Of a stretch of DNA of 60,246 nt, positions 34,501 to 46,599 are shown piece after piece. Below the pieces are notes generated by a model. It worked only from the letters and a program-made list of their open reading frames with translations. It was not told where the DNA came from and did not search any database. Made by a program: the position numbers and the translations under genes. Numbering within the stretch: position 1 is the first letter of the stretch; each line of letters starts with the position of its first letter. The DNA comes from Saprolegnia diclina VS20 (Eukaryota). The DNA is taken from contig NW_008246068.1 in the NCBI RefSeq assembly GCF_000281045.1, positions 1,260,036 through 1,320,281 of the forward strand, read 5' to 3'.

Positions 34501-37500
34501 CCACCTTGATGCCACCGGGTTCAGTTGGCGTCACGTGCTCGACAACTGGCTGCAACGACTGCCGCCGTCGATCGCCCGGTCGCACGGCAAGACACTACAA
34601 GATCTCGGGTTCTGGATCCTCCCGCTCGCGTGCGCGGTGCTGCCGCCTAAGCATCCGATGGCGGTGGCGTCGGCTCACACGATGGTGTCCCTGCTCTCGC
34701 TTGTCGATGCGCTCGTCGCGAACGGCGGGTGGCCAACCAATTCGACGGCCATTGCGCCACTGCTAGAAGGGTGTTTTGTGTTTGGCTTGATTTGGTGCGC
34801 CGGCGCCGCCTTGTCGCCCGCCCACAAGGAGACATTCAACGACCTCCTTCGGCGCGCGGTTGTTGGGGATCTCCCGCATCACTACCGAGTGCTTGCGGCG
34901 CCGATACCAAGCGAAAAGAGTGTCTTTGACTATATGTTTGACGTCGCCGTTGGGCGCTGGGTGCCGTGGCCGACTGCGACGGTGACTGTCGATTCCACGG
35001 CCATCGGTGTCGTCGGCGCGGCGTCGGTGCGCACCGCCTTCTTCATCAAAGTATGGCGCCCGAGCTATCGCCCGATCTTGCTCACAGGCCCGTCGTGCAG
35101 TGGCAAGTCCTACCTCTTGCGACATGTGTACCGTTCCGACAACTCGCAGCACTACATTCCATGCGCGGCGGCCATGCCCAACCTCAAGCGCCACATTGCG
35201 TCCAAGCTAGGGTGGGTCGGAGAGCGGACACTCGGTCATCTCCAGGGCCTTGACCACTACGTTATCCTGGACGACTTGCACGTTGCTTGCACCGGCGTCG
35301 ACTGCGTCCGTGAACTCGTCGAGACGCAGCGTTGGCGGTTTGATTCGGGAGACATTCGGCTTCGCCATGTCTGGTTTGTCGGCGCCATGCGCAGCGACGA
35401 CACTCGATCGACGTCTCAACGGCTCCTTCGCCATTTCTTCCACATTGCGCTCGACCCATTGACGCCCGACGGGATCTTTGCCGTCTGTGCGACCTCGGCC
35501 ACGCCGGTGCTTGCGCCACCGGTGCGCGATACCGTGCTGCGCGCAACGTCCGCGCTTGTACTCGACTTGCTCGAGCACCCGGCGACACTACATCTTGGCT
35601 GGAATGTGCTGCAAAAAGGCCTCGACATCCTTCGTATCGTCGGGACGCTGCCGCCCTCGACCTATGCGAATTTAGGGCTGAGCATGCTCTGGGCCCACGA
35701 AGCCTCCCGCGAGTTTGAAGACGCGCTTCGGGCCACCGCCGACATTACCCGATTCCGAGCGAGCCTGATTGCTGCCTTGGCGGTTGGGTTTGGCCCATCT
35801 TCGGTCGCCCAACTCGAGTCGACGAGCCGCTTGAACGGGTTGGTATTTTGCCCCAACGCCCGCCAACCATCGCAGTACGACGAGATCTACCGACCGCAGT
35901 ATGTCGCCGAGTGTCTCAGCGCGTGGCGCCTCGCGACCAAGTACCCGTCCACCGTACATGCGTCTCGAGCCGTAATCGCGTGTCTCGCCAAGCTCCTTCG
36001 CGTGCTTACGCTGCCACTCGGCGTCGGCCCGTACGTGTTGATCTTTTTCCAGCACTCGGCCGGGAGGCACGACACACCGCGTCAAGTGGCCGCCATCGCG
36101 GGCATGGCCAGCGCGATCGTTGGTCTTGAGTATTGTGAGGCGACATCGACCAGCATCGGGACGCCCGCAAGCCGCCGCCTCGTCTATGTCCCACCGTCGG
36201 TTGACGCCAGTGCCGTCGTTGCCACCGTGCTCGACGCGATCCGACATGGTGATGGGACAGACACCCCAACGCATACCACGTTTCTCGTACTACCTATGGA
36301 AGCGAACGGCGACGACGATGTACGCACCTTGTACCCGATGCTCGTCAGCGCCCCTTTCCTCTTTCAATACGCCCACATTGTGTGGTTGGACGACGACGGC
36401 GGTGACTGCTTTGACGGCAACGCGGCTGCTATTGTCGCCCGGACGACGCTGGCACCGACCATGTCGCGGCACGCGCGGTCGGACGCTCTCATTGCAGTCT
36501 GCGGCGAAGTCCAAGCGCATGTCGAGCGCGCACTGCGTCACGCTGGCGCGTCGACACGCCTCGCATCCCTTTCCAAGTATGCGTTTCCCGAGGCCGTCGA
36601 GACTCTCTTGTCCGAGCACACGGCGCGGTGGCTAAGCAAGGAACGCATCTGGACGCAGGCGCTGGTCCAAGCATCGATCCTCACAAACAACATTCATGCG
36701 CTAGCCACCGCGACGGAGCACCTCTTGTCGACGCTGGGACGTTTAGAAGCTCGGCGAACGGAGTGCATTAGTGATCTCATGGCGCGGACCGCCGCGGCCA
36801 AGCAGCTCGACGACCATTTGGACGCTCATGTGGCCAGCGCCGCATCGACCGCCGAGGCGTGTGCGCGCCGACTCGCCGAGCTGACCGCGGCGCTGGCACC
36901 ATTCGAAGCCAGTGCCAACGCGTGCGGCGTGCTCGTGCTCGACTTGCCCCACGACGACATCTTGGATGAAGCCAAGCCGGCGCGGCTGCACGGCCATTGG
37001 AGTCAACTCCACGTCGTGTTGCAAGAGCTGCTGTCGCACGGCCGCGGGCGACGCCGCCAGAGCACCGTGCAAGGCGCGGCATCCGTCGATGGCCGCAGCG
37101 GCAGTGTCCGCGACCTCGTGCGTAACCTGCTCCAAGTGTCGATGGAGCGAATGGCCCACACTTCGATCCTCAGTGCGCGCCAATGGCGGCTCTCGATCGC
37201 CGATGCCAAAGTGTTTCCGACGCTGCAAGTCGTCCTCGACTACCTCGACGCGCTCTTAGCGTGGGCCAAGGTCTTGTACGACAAGCGGCGTGTCTCGACG
37301 CAGCTCGTCGACGACCGCCACCGCCTCCAGGTGATGGAGCTGGCCACGCCGCAACATCGCGTGGCACAGCTCCAAGTGCGCAGCGAGCTTGGCATGGCGA
37401 GCGCGGATGTCGAAGCCCACGACATCGAGATGCGGGCCGCCGAAGCGCAGCTCACTGCACTCCGAGCCAAGCGCGCCTACGAAGAGGCCGTTCGGCGCCG

Positions 37501-40500
37501 CCTCGACGCGTCCATGGTACGCACCCAGGACCAGTTGGCGTCGGTGCCCGTCGTTCTCGGCGCGCGCTTGCCCGGTGCGTGTGTCTTGGCGGCCACGATT
37601 CGTGTCTATCTGGCGTCGTGCGCGAGTTGCTTGCGGACTTCTGTGCTCGAGTACGTGACACGTCACCTTGAAACGATTCACTTTGCGTGCTCGGTGGACG
37701 AGATGTTGTCGCTCTTGTTTGAAGAGCGGACGCTACTACCACGCTGGCGCCTCCACGGGCTGCCGCTGACACACTCATTTACTGCCGCTGCCTTTGCCAT
37801 CGCGTCGAGTACCAAGCCCGTACTTCTCGTAGACGGCAATGGCATTGGCGAAGCCTGGCTCACGTCCTTGTACGGGGACAACCTCCTTATTTGCGACGCG
37901 ACCGAAACAAACCTCTCGCGCGCCACGACGCGCGCACTCCAGACGCGCAAGAAGCTCCTTGTTCGCAACGTCGAAGCCGATTTGCGCTCGGTCCTTTCCA
38001 AATTCGCCCACGTTAGTGGACAAGTGTACGTGGATGGCAAAATCCACGCCGTCCACGCCGAGTGGCGCGTGTATATCCAGACGCCATTTGTGTCGGGCAC
38101 GCAATGGGACGAGGCCATCTACCAGGCTATGGACGTCGTGGATGTTTGCTTGGGCCCGAACGACGCGCCCAGCTACTTTCAGTCGCTCGTGGCGACGCTA
38201 TGGGATGAGAGCGACCATCTTCGCGTCAAAGCCAGTTGGCTCACCTACTATGACGCGCCCAGCATCGACGACGCGCTTCTGCCTGCGCTCGCCGCCAACG
38301 CATCACTCGACGACGTGTGGCATTGGCTCCAAGCCGACGAAGTGCCAGAGCCGCCCCCCGCAGGCTTGGCGCCATCCACAACGTCGTACATGGAGAGCCT
38401 TCTTCCGACGCTACTCTTCCTCTTTGATGCCTCGTATTATCTGTTGGCGGTCAATTGCAACTACGCCGTGTACTGGAGTGTAGCCTCAATCGCCCGGCTT
38501 GTCGAGGCCGCCAAACACCGATGGCAAGTCGACACGCTTCGCGCTGAAGAGTCCAAGCGGGATCTGCTCTCGCTGGCGCGCCCGGGCTTGACGCAGGCGT
38601 TCACAAAGCGGCAGTTGCTCAAGCGCGCCCAGACGCGCACCCAGCGGTTCCGAGATCACACCGAACCACGCGACGTAGCCGACCTACACGCGCATGTGCT
38701 GCAGTCCATTGCGACCGTCGATGCCATCGTCTCGAACGACGACGCGATGACGTGGCGCTTTCTCCTGGCGATAACGTCCACCCGGCAGTTTGCACCGTCG
38801 TTGCAGCTCTCGGATGCCCTGCTGAGTGACATGGCGCGTATTTGGCGTGGCGAAGTGCCATGGATCTCGAGCGTCGACGCGCTGCGCAAGCCCGCGTCAA
38901 TGGAGAAACGGACGTGGGCGATCGTGGTGACGCTCTCGCAACACGAAGGGCTACGCGATTTGGTCACGAGCGCACCAAGTGCGACGGAGGATGCCAACCC
39001 GATATACAGTGCGTGGCATCGCGTCGTGCAGGCGACGTGCTGTCTGTCCCAAAATGAACTGCATGCTGCGATCGCGCACTTTACGGCGGTCGCGCTGGCA
39101 CCGCATGGTCTTCCGCCACTGCCGTTGCCATATACAATGACCCAAACCGTGCTCCAAGCCGCACTGGAAGCGACCGACAGTAGCACACCCATTCTTCTCT
39201 TTGTTGACGCCGCGCCGTCGGCAGTCGTGACCCTCTCGGAGCTCGGTGCACCGCTCTCGCTCTTGGCGGTCGACGAGCCGCCCGACGTGGTGCGGGATGC
39301 GCTCGCACAAGCTGCTGCGTCCGACCGCTTAGCACTCGTGTTGCTGCACAAGCTTCTGAGCCACCTCCCGTCGCTCAGCCTCGCGTGGCAAGAGCAGCGC
39401 GACCAAGACAAGACTAGCGAGAAGCACCGTCTCATGCTCTGTTCGTCGATTCATGACCCGATGAGCAAGGCCGTTTTGGCGTGCCACGCGCACAAGCGAT
39501 ATTTGCGACCAGTGGTATCGCTGGCCGACGCGCTCGGCGCCCACCCGTCGCCGACCACCGATGACGACAACGACACGGTTCGTGTGCGACTTTGCACTCT
39601 TCACGTCGTGCTACTGGTCCTCTCTGCGAAATTCGTTGACGTCACTCATGTGTCTTTAGCGCCAACAACACGTCTTCTTCGCCCCCGTCGTCCCAGTGGA
39701 CGCATCGGCGCTGGCCATGGCCATGCGTGACGTACTCGCCGCTCCACCAAATACCTCGAGTGCAACGCGGTTTGCGATTGGAGTCGCTGTCTACCACAGC
39801 TACGTTCCGGACGCGGACCGGCTGCAGGTCATCTGTGACTGGCTGCAATGCAGCGAGGGTCGTGGCATCGACGAGTCCGAGGTACCGACACCCGGTGCTG
39901 CGTTTTCAAACACCCAGCGCGGGCTCGTCGAGGTGTATGGAGACACGCTACGGCACGTGTGTCCGCCTCTCGAGCGCAACGACGAGGCCAGTGTCAAGGA
40001 GCTCCAGAGCCTCTCGCACGCCATCTCACTGCACTATACATTCCACGATGTCCTTAGTCTTGCCACGTGGCACGAGCACCAGCGAACGCGGAGTCCGTGG
40101 ACCAATTTTTTCTTTGCCGAAGTCGCTGCCTTTGGGGTGCTCGTTACGCGTCTGCAGCGGGATATCGCAACGTACCTGGCCGACGTACCGTCACATCGAT
40201 CGACGGTGCAGCAATTACTGGCGGGTTATGCGTTTCCGCTGGCGTGGCGGGTGCTCCCCCGTCTCCAGCTCACTTCGGTCGAAGCATTTGTCGCGCACAT
40301 GAAGCAGCGACGAAGATGCCTCGAGGTGTACAAGGACGGCAGCAATGAATCCGAGTTTTGGCTTCCCGCGTTCGCGCGCCCCAAACGACTCGTGGAGCTT
40401 CTTTTGTACCAGCATGTGCCCAAGCGCGCGCGCTTTGTGCTCGGCGACGAGCTCACACGCGGTGCGTCGATTGCCGATCGATTCGCGCGTCGACTGCTCA

Positions 40501-40829
40501 AGAAGCCAATGACCGACGAGACGCGGCACAGCACGGCGCTCACGGGCATTCGCGCCTACAATGCCAGCTGGCACCCGACAGCGCGGCAACTGCGCCGGCC
40601 CGAAGCTCTCGGAACCGCCTCGGACTTGCCGTCGGTTCACGTCGTGTACGTTGATGACGACGAGAATCGAGCGGCGCTCGTCGACCTCGTCGAGCTCCCC
40701 GTGCACCACGTCGACAGCACGAAAGACCCGATCGTGAGCTCGGTCATCTTGCGCGTCGTCGTACGCCTCCCTGACGACCCAATCGACCGGGCATGGCTCC
40801 TAGCACACGCGTTTCTGCATGTCGGATGA
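28518..40829 (+). CDS. Highly divergent dynein heavy chain-like protein (multi-exon) with degenerate AAA1 and AAA4 motifs
   Basis: Dynein landmarks in the correct order: MKPRHWVQI, LLQWQDKL, FPKLWLLPDDTLRDLL, FIWQAYPK, AAA2 GAPVVGKST and RWIILDGP, FVFGLIWCAGA, SVFDY, AAA3 GPSCSGKS and ILDDLH, LWAHEASREFEDAL, coiled-coil stalk, WRLHGLP, PVLLVDGNG, FWLPAFARP. Start codon and exon structure are approximate. Confidence 0.82.
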
Positions 40830-40864
40830 CCCGCGGTTCGAGACCCAGCGAATGTCAAGGAACA

Positions 40865-40929
40865 CACTAGTTCATAACCCATTTATCCCAGAGCCCACTA
40901 GTTCATAACCCATTTATCCCAGAGCCCAC
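40865..40929. repeat. Perfect 31-bp tandem duplication
   Basis: CACTAGTTCATAACCCATTTATCCCAGAGCC x2 plus CAC. Confidence 0.95.
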
Positions 40930-40941
40930 GTTCTCTCATTG

Positions 40942-41265
40942 ATGACCATCATTATTTTGGCGCCAAAAGAGCATGTGCAAAACGACTTGCAAAAGCGTCC
41001 AGTTGGTCAGCGCCTGGTTCGCAGATGCATTTCATAAGACAGATGGACCTTCCAGAGCAGCTTGGAGAGCCCGACCAGTTTGGCTGGCACCACGTCGATA
41101 GGTTGGGTCTTAGCCGCCGTGTGGAAGATCATACTTACAAAAGCGTATAGTCTCTCGTGCGAGCGCACTGCCGGAAACATAATTCTTGCGCCCTACGCCG
41201 CTTCGGTGGCCTCGCTGCATTCACGTCAAGGTTTGGTGAGCGCGTGACTGCGGAGACCTCGCAAC
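40942..41265 (-). repeat. ~324-bp dispersed repeat, copy B (inverted relative to copy A)
   Basis: Matches the reverse complement of 26444-26767 with scattered substitutions and small indels. Confidence 0.92.
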
Positions 41266-41692
41266 GTCTCTTTCTTTGTGTTGAGGGCCTCCAAAAGCCT
41301 TGAGTATATTTCAGGGTTATTAAACCCTTGGTTGGAACTGACGGGTGCCGTGTTGCTCTGCCTGCAGACCGTCAGACCGTGGGCTCGGTGCAGTGCTGCT
41401 ATAGTTGGCTACGCCACTCGGTCGTGCTGTCGCCGGCGTGGCTACAGGCGCGCGAGTCGGCCAGCTGGCAGTGTTTAGCTTGTGGGAGGAACTACAATGG
41501 TACTGCATGACAGCTACACTACTTGTCACCTGGGGTAGAATGGCTGCGCAGTCGTCTCGAGCGAGCACGCTCCAGATTAACTTCAAGTTGCGTCGCGCTA
41601 GATTCGTATCCGGACACGATATATTATCCGGATGACGTCCGCATAAAGAGTGGCGAGAAATCGATCAGCGCCAGGACAGGCAGCGGCCAAGC

Positions 41693-43213
41693 ATGGGGAT
41701 CCTCGACAAGATCAAGGAGATTGGTCCGCATGCGCTCGTAGACGCAAAGATGGCTCATGCTGCATGCGCGTCTAGAGGATGAGATGAAGCGGACGCAGAA
41801 GAACAAGGCCACGGAAGGCCACCTTGGCCATCTCAAGGCCAAGCTCGCCAAGCTGCGCACGGAGCTGCTCGAAGGCGACAAGTCGAGCGGCGGCGGCGGC
41901 GAAGGTGCGCGCCCATGGTCCTCCTTCTGCCTGCCAACGATGCCATAGGGTTTGATGTGGCGAGGAGTGGCGATGGCCGCGTCGCACTCATCGGGTTCCC
42001 GTCCGTCGGCAAGTCGACGCTCTTGAGTCAGCTCACCGACACCGAGTCCGAGACCAACTCGGTCGAGTTTACGACGCTCACGTGTATTCCTGGCAACCTC
42101 ATGTACAACGACGTGCGCATCCAGGTCCGCATGTCCTCTGCGCACCAGCATCTCATCGCGACCGTAGCTGCTCGATTTGCCCGGTATCATTGAAGGCGCC
42201 GCGCATGGCAAGGGCCGTGGTCGCGAAGTCATTGCGGTCTCCAAGTCGGCCGACATGATCCTCATGGTCCTCGACGCCGGGCGCGAGGAAGGCAACCGCC
42301 ACCGCGCGATCCTCGAGAACGAACTCGAGACCGTCGGGTTGCGCTTGAACCGGAACCCGCCGGATATTTATTTCCGCAAAAAGGCCGGCGGTGGTATCTC
42401 CTTCAACGCGACCGTGCGCCTCACGCGCATGGGCGACGACCCGTACAAGACCGTATACAAGATTCTGCACGAGTACCGGATCCATAACTGCGAGCTGCTC
42501 TTCCGCGAAGACGCGAGCGTCGACGACTTGATCGACGTCATCGAAGGCAACCGCAAGTACATCAAGTGCCTCTACGTCTACAATAAGATCGACGTCATCT
42601 CGATCGAGGACGTCGACCGCCTCGCACGCAACCCGCACTCGGTCGTCATTGCCTGCGAACACAACGGGCGACCGGCGGTACCCTTAACTCTCTTGGTCAA
42701 AGGTTTACGTAGTAATCTGCTCCTTTTGCGATAGCTCAACTTTGACCACTTGCTCGCGACTATGTGGAAGTACATGGGTCTCACGCGTGTTTACACCAAG
42801 CGCCGTGGCGAGGTAACGACTACTCGACTACTCGACCGACCGCCCACGGATCGAGCTTGTAGCAACCCGAGTTTGACGAACCCGTCGTCCTCTCGTCCGA
42901 ACGCAAGGGCACGACCGTCAACGCCGCGTGCATGTCGGTACGCTCACCTGGTTGTGTTGCATTTGTATCAATGTATCAATTACCGTAGATCTCGAAAGAC
43001 ATGCTCGACAACTTCAACTATGCGCTCGTGTGGGGCGTGAGCACCAAGTACAACCCGCAGCGCGTCGGGAAGGAGCACGTCCTCCTCGATGAAGACGTCC
43101 TCCAAGTCATCACCAAGACCGTCAACCAGCAAAAGCACGACAAGAACTACAACAAAAAGGTGCAAGCGCATTGGGACAAGTACAAGGCCAAGAAGAAGGC
43201 GCTCAAGACCTAA
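41693..43213 (+). CDS. DRG2: Developmentally regulated GTP-binding protein 2 (Obg family, TGS domain), multi-exon
   Basis: [98 protein letters not shown]. Confidence 0.95.
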
Positions 43214-43281
43214 ACGACCCGCCAGTAGACGAAGCAGACAGACCATAAGATCGGGCATACGATGCTTCAACAGCCGAGATG

Positions 43282-45337
43282 TTAGAGTTTGAGCCACCCC
43301 GGGCGGCCCTTGGCACTCGCACTACTGCGGCCCGACGCTGTCGTCTTGGCATCGGCCGCGGTTGACGCCGATGCGGCGGTTGACGACGGCACGAGCGGCT
43401 GACTCGACGGGTACGCCACACTCGGTCCACCATCGTCGTCCTTGGACTCGGCACCGACCTCATCGAGCTACACAGCGTCCAAGCATGAGACGGGCAACGC
43501 TGACGGACAATATGTCGCTACAATGTCGTGATTGAGGTACGCGCCAAGCTCGGTCGATGCCGTTGGCGGCGACGTCCAGCCGAGGAAGACGTTGGACGCA
43601 GGTACCAGGTGCAAGTCGAGCAGCGACTTGGTCGCATCGAGCTTGGTCATCGGTGGTGTAGTGTAGAGGTAGAACGCACGCGGCGTCGCGAGGCAGCTGG
43701 TCACGAGATCGGCGACGGCTTGCAGCGGTTCGCTCGGATGAAACACTGCTTGGAGGACAACTAGACAGAATTTGAGCATTGATATCGTCCATGCAATAAG
43801 ACGTTGTACCCTTATCGGGAAAACGGACGCGGAGCACGGCTTCCTGGTACACGCTTCGGCGTTGCATGTCGTCAAGCTCCCGCATCGCCAGTGTCCGAAA
43901 CGACTGGCTCTTCTCGGCCGCGTCCTGGCGCGCTTTGAGCGCCTGAGCGAGCAACTGGGCGTCGCTCTTGCCGACGGTCGTGGGCGCCGCCATCGCCGCC
44001 TAGATGGCGTCATATTGCATCCAAATCGAAAATGGACAACTTGTCGTACGTGCTGCAGTTCATGCGGAAACAGGATGCGTGTCTGACGCGCTGGTGTCGA
44101 CGACGCAAGGAGCGCGTCTTGCTTCTTCTTCAAATCGTCGAGACGCATCTCCGTGAGGCTTGCGCCGCGGGGCTGCGCCTGTTCGATACGTTGGTTGGAC
44201 TATTGCAAATGGAGACAGTACCTGCATGCGCGTGATGAGCGGCTGGTACGCATCAAAGGCCGGCGCCGGTAGCGACGACGGCGCTTGCACTTGCGGTCGC
44301 GCACTGTGGTCGATGCGCAGGTCGTCGGCTTCGGTATGGAGCACACGCAGAGCAGCTTGCAGCACGTCGCTCGACTCGGACGCGAGGTGCAGCATGTCGC
44401 CGTCGATGGCAAAGCCACTTGCGACGAGAAACGCAATTCCGCCAGGATGACGTCCGACCGCGTCGACAAACTTTGGGTTCGACGTCCGGATCGACCGCAC
44501 CTTGGGCTCATCTACGAGAGCCAAGTCCACGCGGCTCAAGATACGAAGCGTGTACCTGGCTTGGAAAGAATGTTGCAGAGGATCTTCATAAGCGTCAAGA
44601 CGACCGTACTCGAGACTGCGTCAAAGTTGGAGTTGCGCACGCGCTGGATCGCGTCGTACGGTGTCGATGGCAGCGGCGACGGCGCCGAGACGGCAGGCTC
44701 GGGCGCGGCGGCCACCGGTGCAAGGGCCGGAGTCAACGGCGCTGCTGCCGGCATAGGCGCCGCCACATGTGTGGCGGAGGGCGTCGGTGCGGCGACAACG
44801 CGCGGCGGCGCGACGGGCGAAGACGTCGAGCTCTGGACGCGAAACATACCGGAACCGCTCAGTAGGCCGAGCGCCTGGAGCGTGAGCGAGTCGAGTTCGG
44901 GCCCGCGGATATCGCGGCGCATAAAGTTGAGCGAGTCGTATTCGGGCGAGAGATGGATCTGGAGCTGGGCGAGGATCGCGGCGAGGGTGAGACTGCTGCC
45001 AAAGTTGCCCTGCACGCGGCGACCGTCGACGAGCTGGACGCAGACGCGCACCACCGGGTCGTTCGCGCCGCCTCTTTTCGCCATCATGTCGAGCGTCGCG
45101 TTGGACGAGATGCCCGTGAGGCGAAATGGCAGCGAGAGGTCGACAATCGCGTTCTTGTGGCGGAGCTCGTGGCGGTCGGCGTCGACGTCATGCAGCTCAC
45201 AGGCCTTGCGCAGTACGTCCGACTAGGGAACCTCTCGATGAGGTTGCATGATGCAGTCGGAAGCCTCGTACCATGGACGTGCCCGCAGTCACAGGGACCT
45301 TCTTCCGGTGGCCATCGAGCAGCACGGTGAGGCTCAT
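43282..45337 (-). CDS. TUG/ASPSCR1-like p97 adaptor: UBL1 + UBL + PUB + UBX
   Basis: MSLTVLLDGHRKKVPVTAGTSM/SDVLRKAC...VDLSLPFRLTGISSNATLDM (TUG-UBL1); TLMKILCNILSKP/DEPKVRSIRTSNPKF...FLVASGF (PUB); VLRVRFPD..VLQAVFHPSE..FYLYTTPP..LVPAS (UBX); ends KGRPGWLKL. Confidence 0.85.
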
Positions 45338-45822
45338 CGTCCCGAAATCGCAAGATCACCACGGCAAATTGGGTCCGATACAAACAGCCTGCCTGTATGT
45401 AGCATACAATTGCCAAGCTTAAATCCAGCGACGACCAGATCTGAGGGTATTTACAGGATATCATGCGCACTCAATTCCTGCGCCATTTTGATTGGCTACA
45501 ATGTGGTCGCGCGACCAGACTGCCAGCTTCAACTGCGATCGATCGGCTCCCGCTGCACCACACGTATATTGAGCTCTAGCCTCACCAGCATCAACTAAGC
45601 TTAAGCTTACCTGCGCTCTGTGTTGCTCAATGGATGGGTCGTCGTGACGTACAGAACTCGACTTGACTGCAAGTTCTGTGATGGAATCGGACCATGCGAT
45701 TGGCCAAAATGCAACCTACGACCACAAAAGGAGCTGCGGCGTCGCGTATCCGGCTCGTATCCGGAGGATTTACCGTCGATCTTGCGTGATTACAAAAGCT
45801 TTTGCCGTTTACAAACCCAGCG

Positions 45823-46552
45823 ATGGCGACCGAGACCAAGCCGACGACGACCAAGCTCCACTCGTACTGGCGCAGCAGCTGCTCGTGGCGCGTGCGCATC
45901 TCGCTGGCCTACAAGCAGATCCCGTACGAGTACATTGGCGTGAACCTCCTCAAGGGCGAGCAGGTCGGGCCGACCTTCACGGCCATCAACCCCAACGGGC
46001 GCGTGCCCACGCTCGAGATCGACGGCCACGTCTTGCACCAGAGCGGTGCGATCCTCGAGTACCTTGAAGAGACGCATCCGACGCACCCGCTTCTGCCGGC
46101 TAACGCGCTTGGCCGCGCCCACGTCCGCAACCTCTGCGGCCTCATCGGCTGCGACATCCAGCCGGTCCAGAACCTCGCCGTCATGAAGCGCGTACGCCAT
46201 GCACTCAACTCGTCATCATGGCGGTAGAGCTCATGGATATGCTATGGGGTAGGCGGTCATCAACTACGCGGAAGCCGACCAAATGGCGGCGCGCATGGCA
46301 TGGAGCAAGGAGTGGATCGAGCGTGGCTTTGACGTGCTCGAGGCCGAGCTCGCCAAGACCGCCGGCAAGTACTGCGTCGGCGACGCCATCTCGCTCGCGG
46401 ACGTGTACCTTGAGCCGCAGGTGTACAACGCCAACCGCTTCAAGGTCGACATGGCCAAGTACCCGACGATCTCGCGTATCGTTGCGGCGCTCGCCGAGCA
46501 CCCGGCGTTCTACGCTGCGCACCCGTCGCAGCAGCCAGACGCGACCGAGTAG
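45823..46552 (+). CDS. GSTZ1: Glutathione S-transferase zeta / maleylacetoacetate isomerase (2 exons)
   Basis: LHSYWRSSCSWRVRI; INPNGRVPTL; QSGAILEYLEE; CDIQPVQNL; YCVGDAISLADVYLEPQVYNA; AHPSQQPD. Confidence 0.95.
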
Positions 46553-46599
46553 GCAATCTACGTCGTACACTGTTTTTGTTCTATCAACATGGTATAAGC

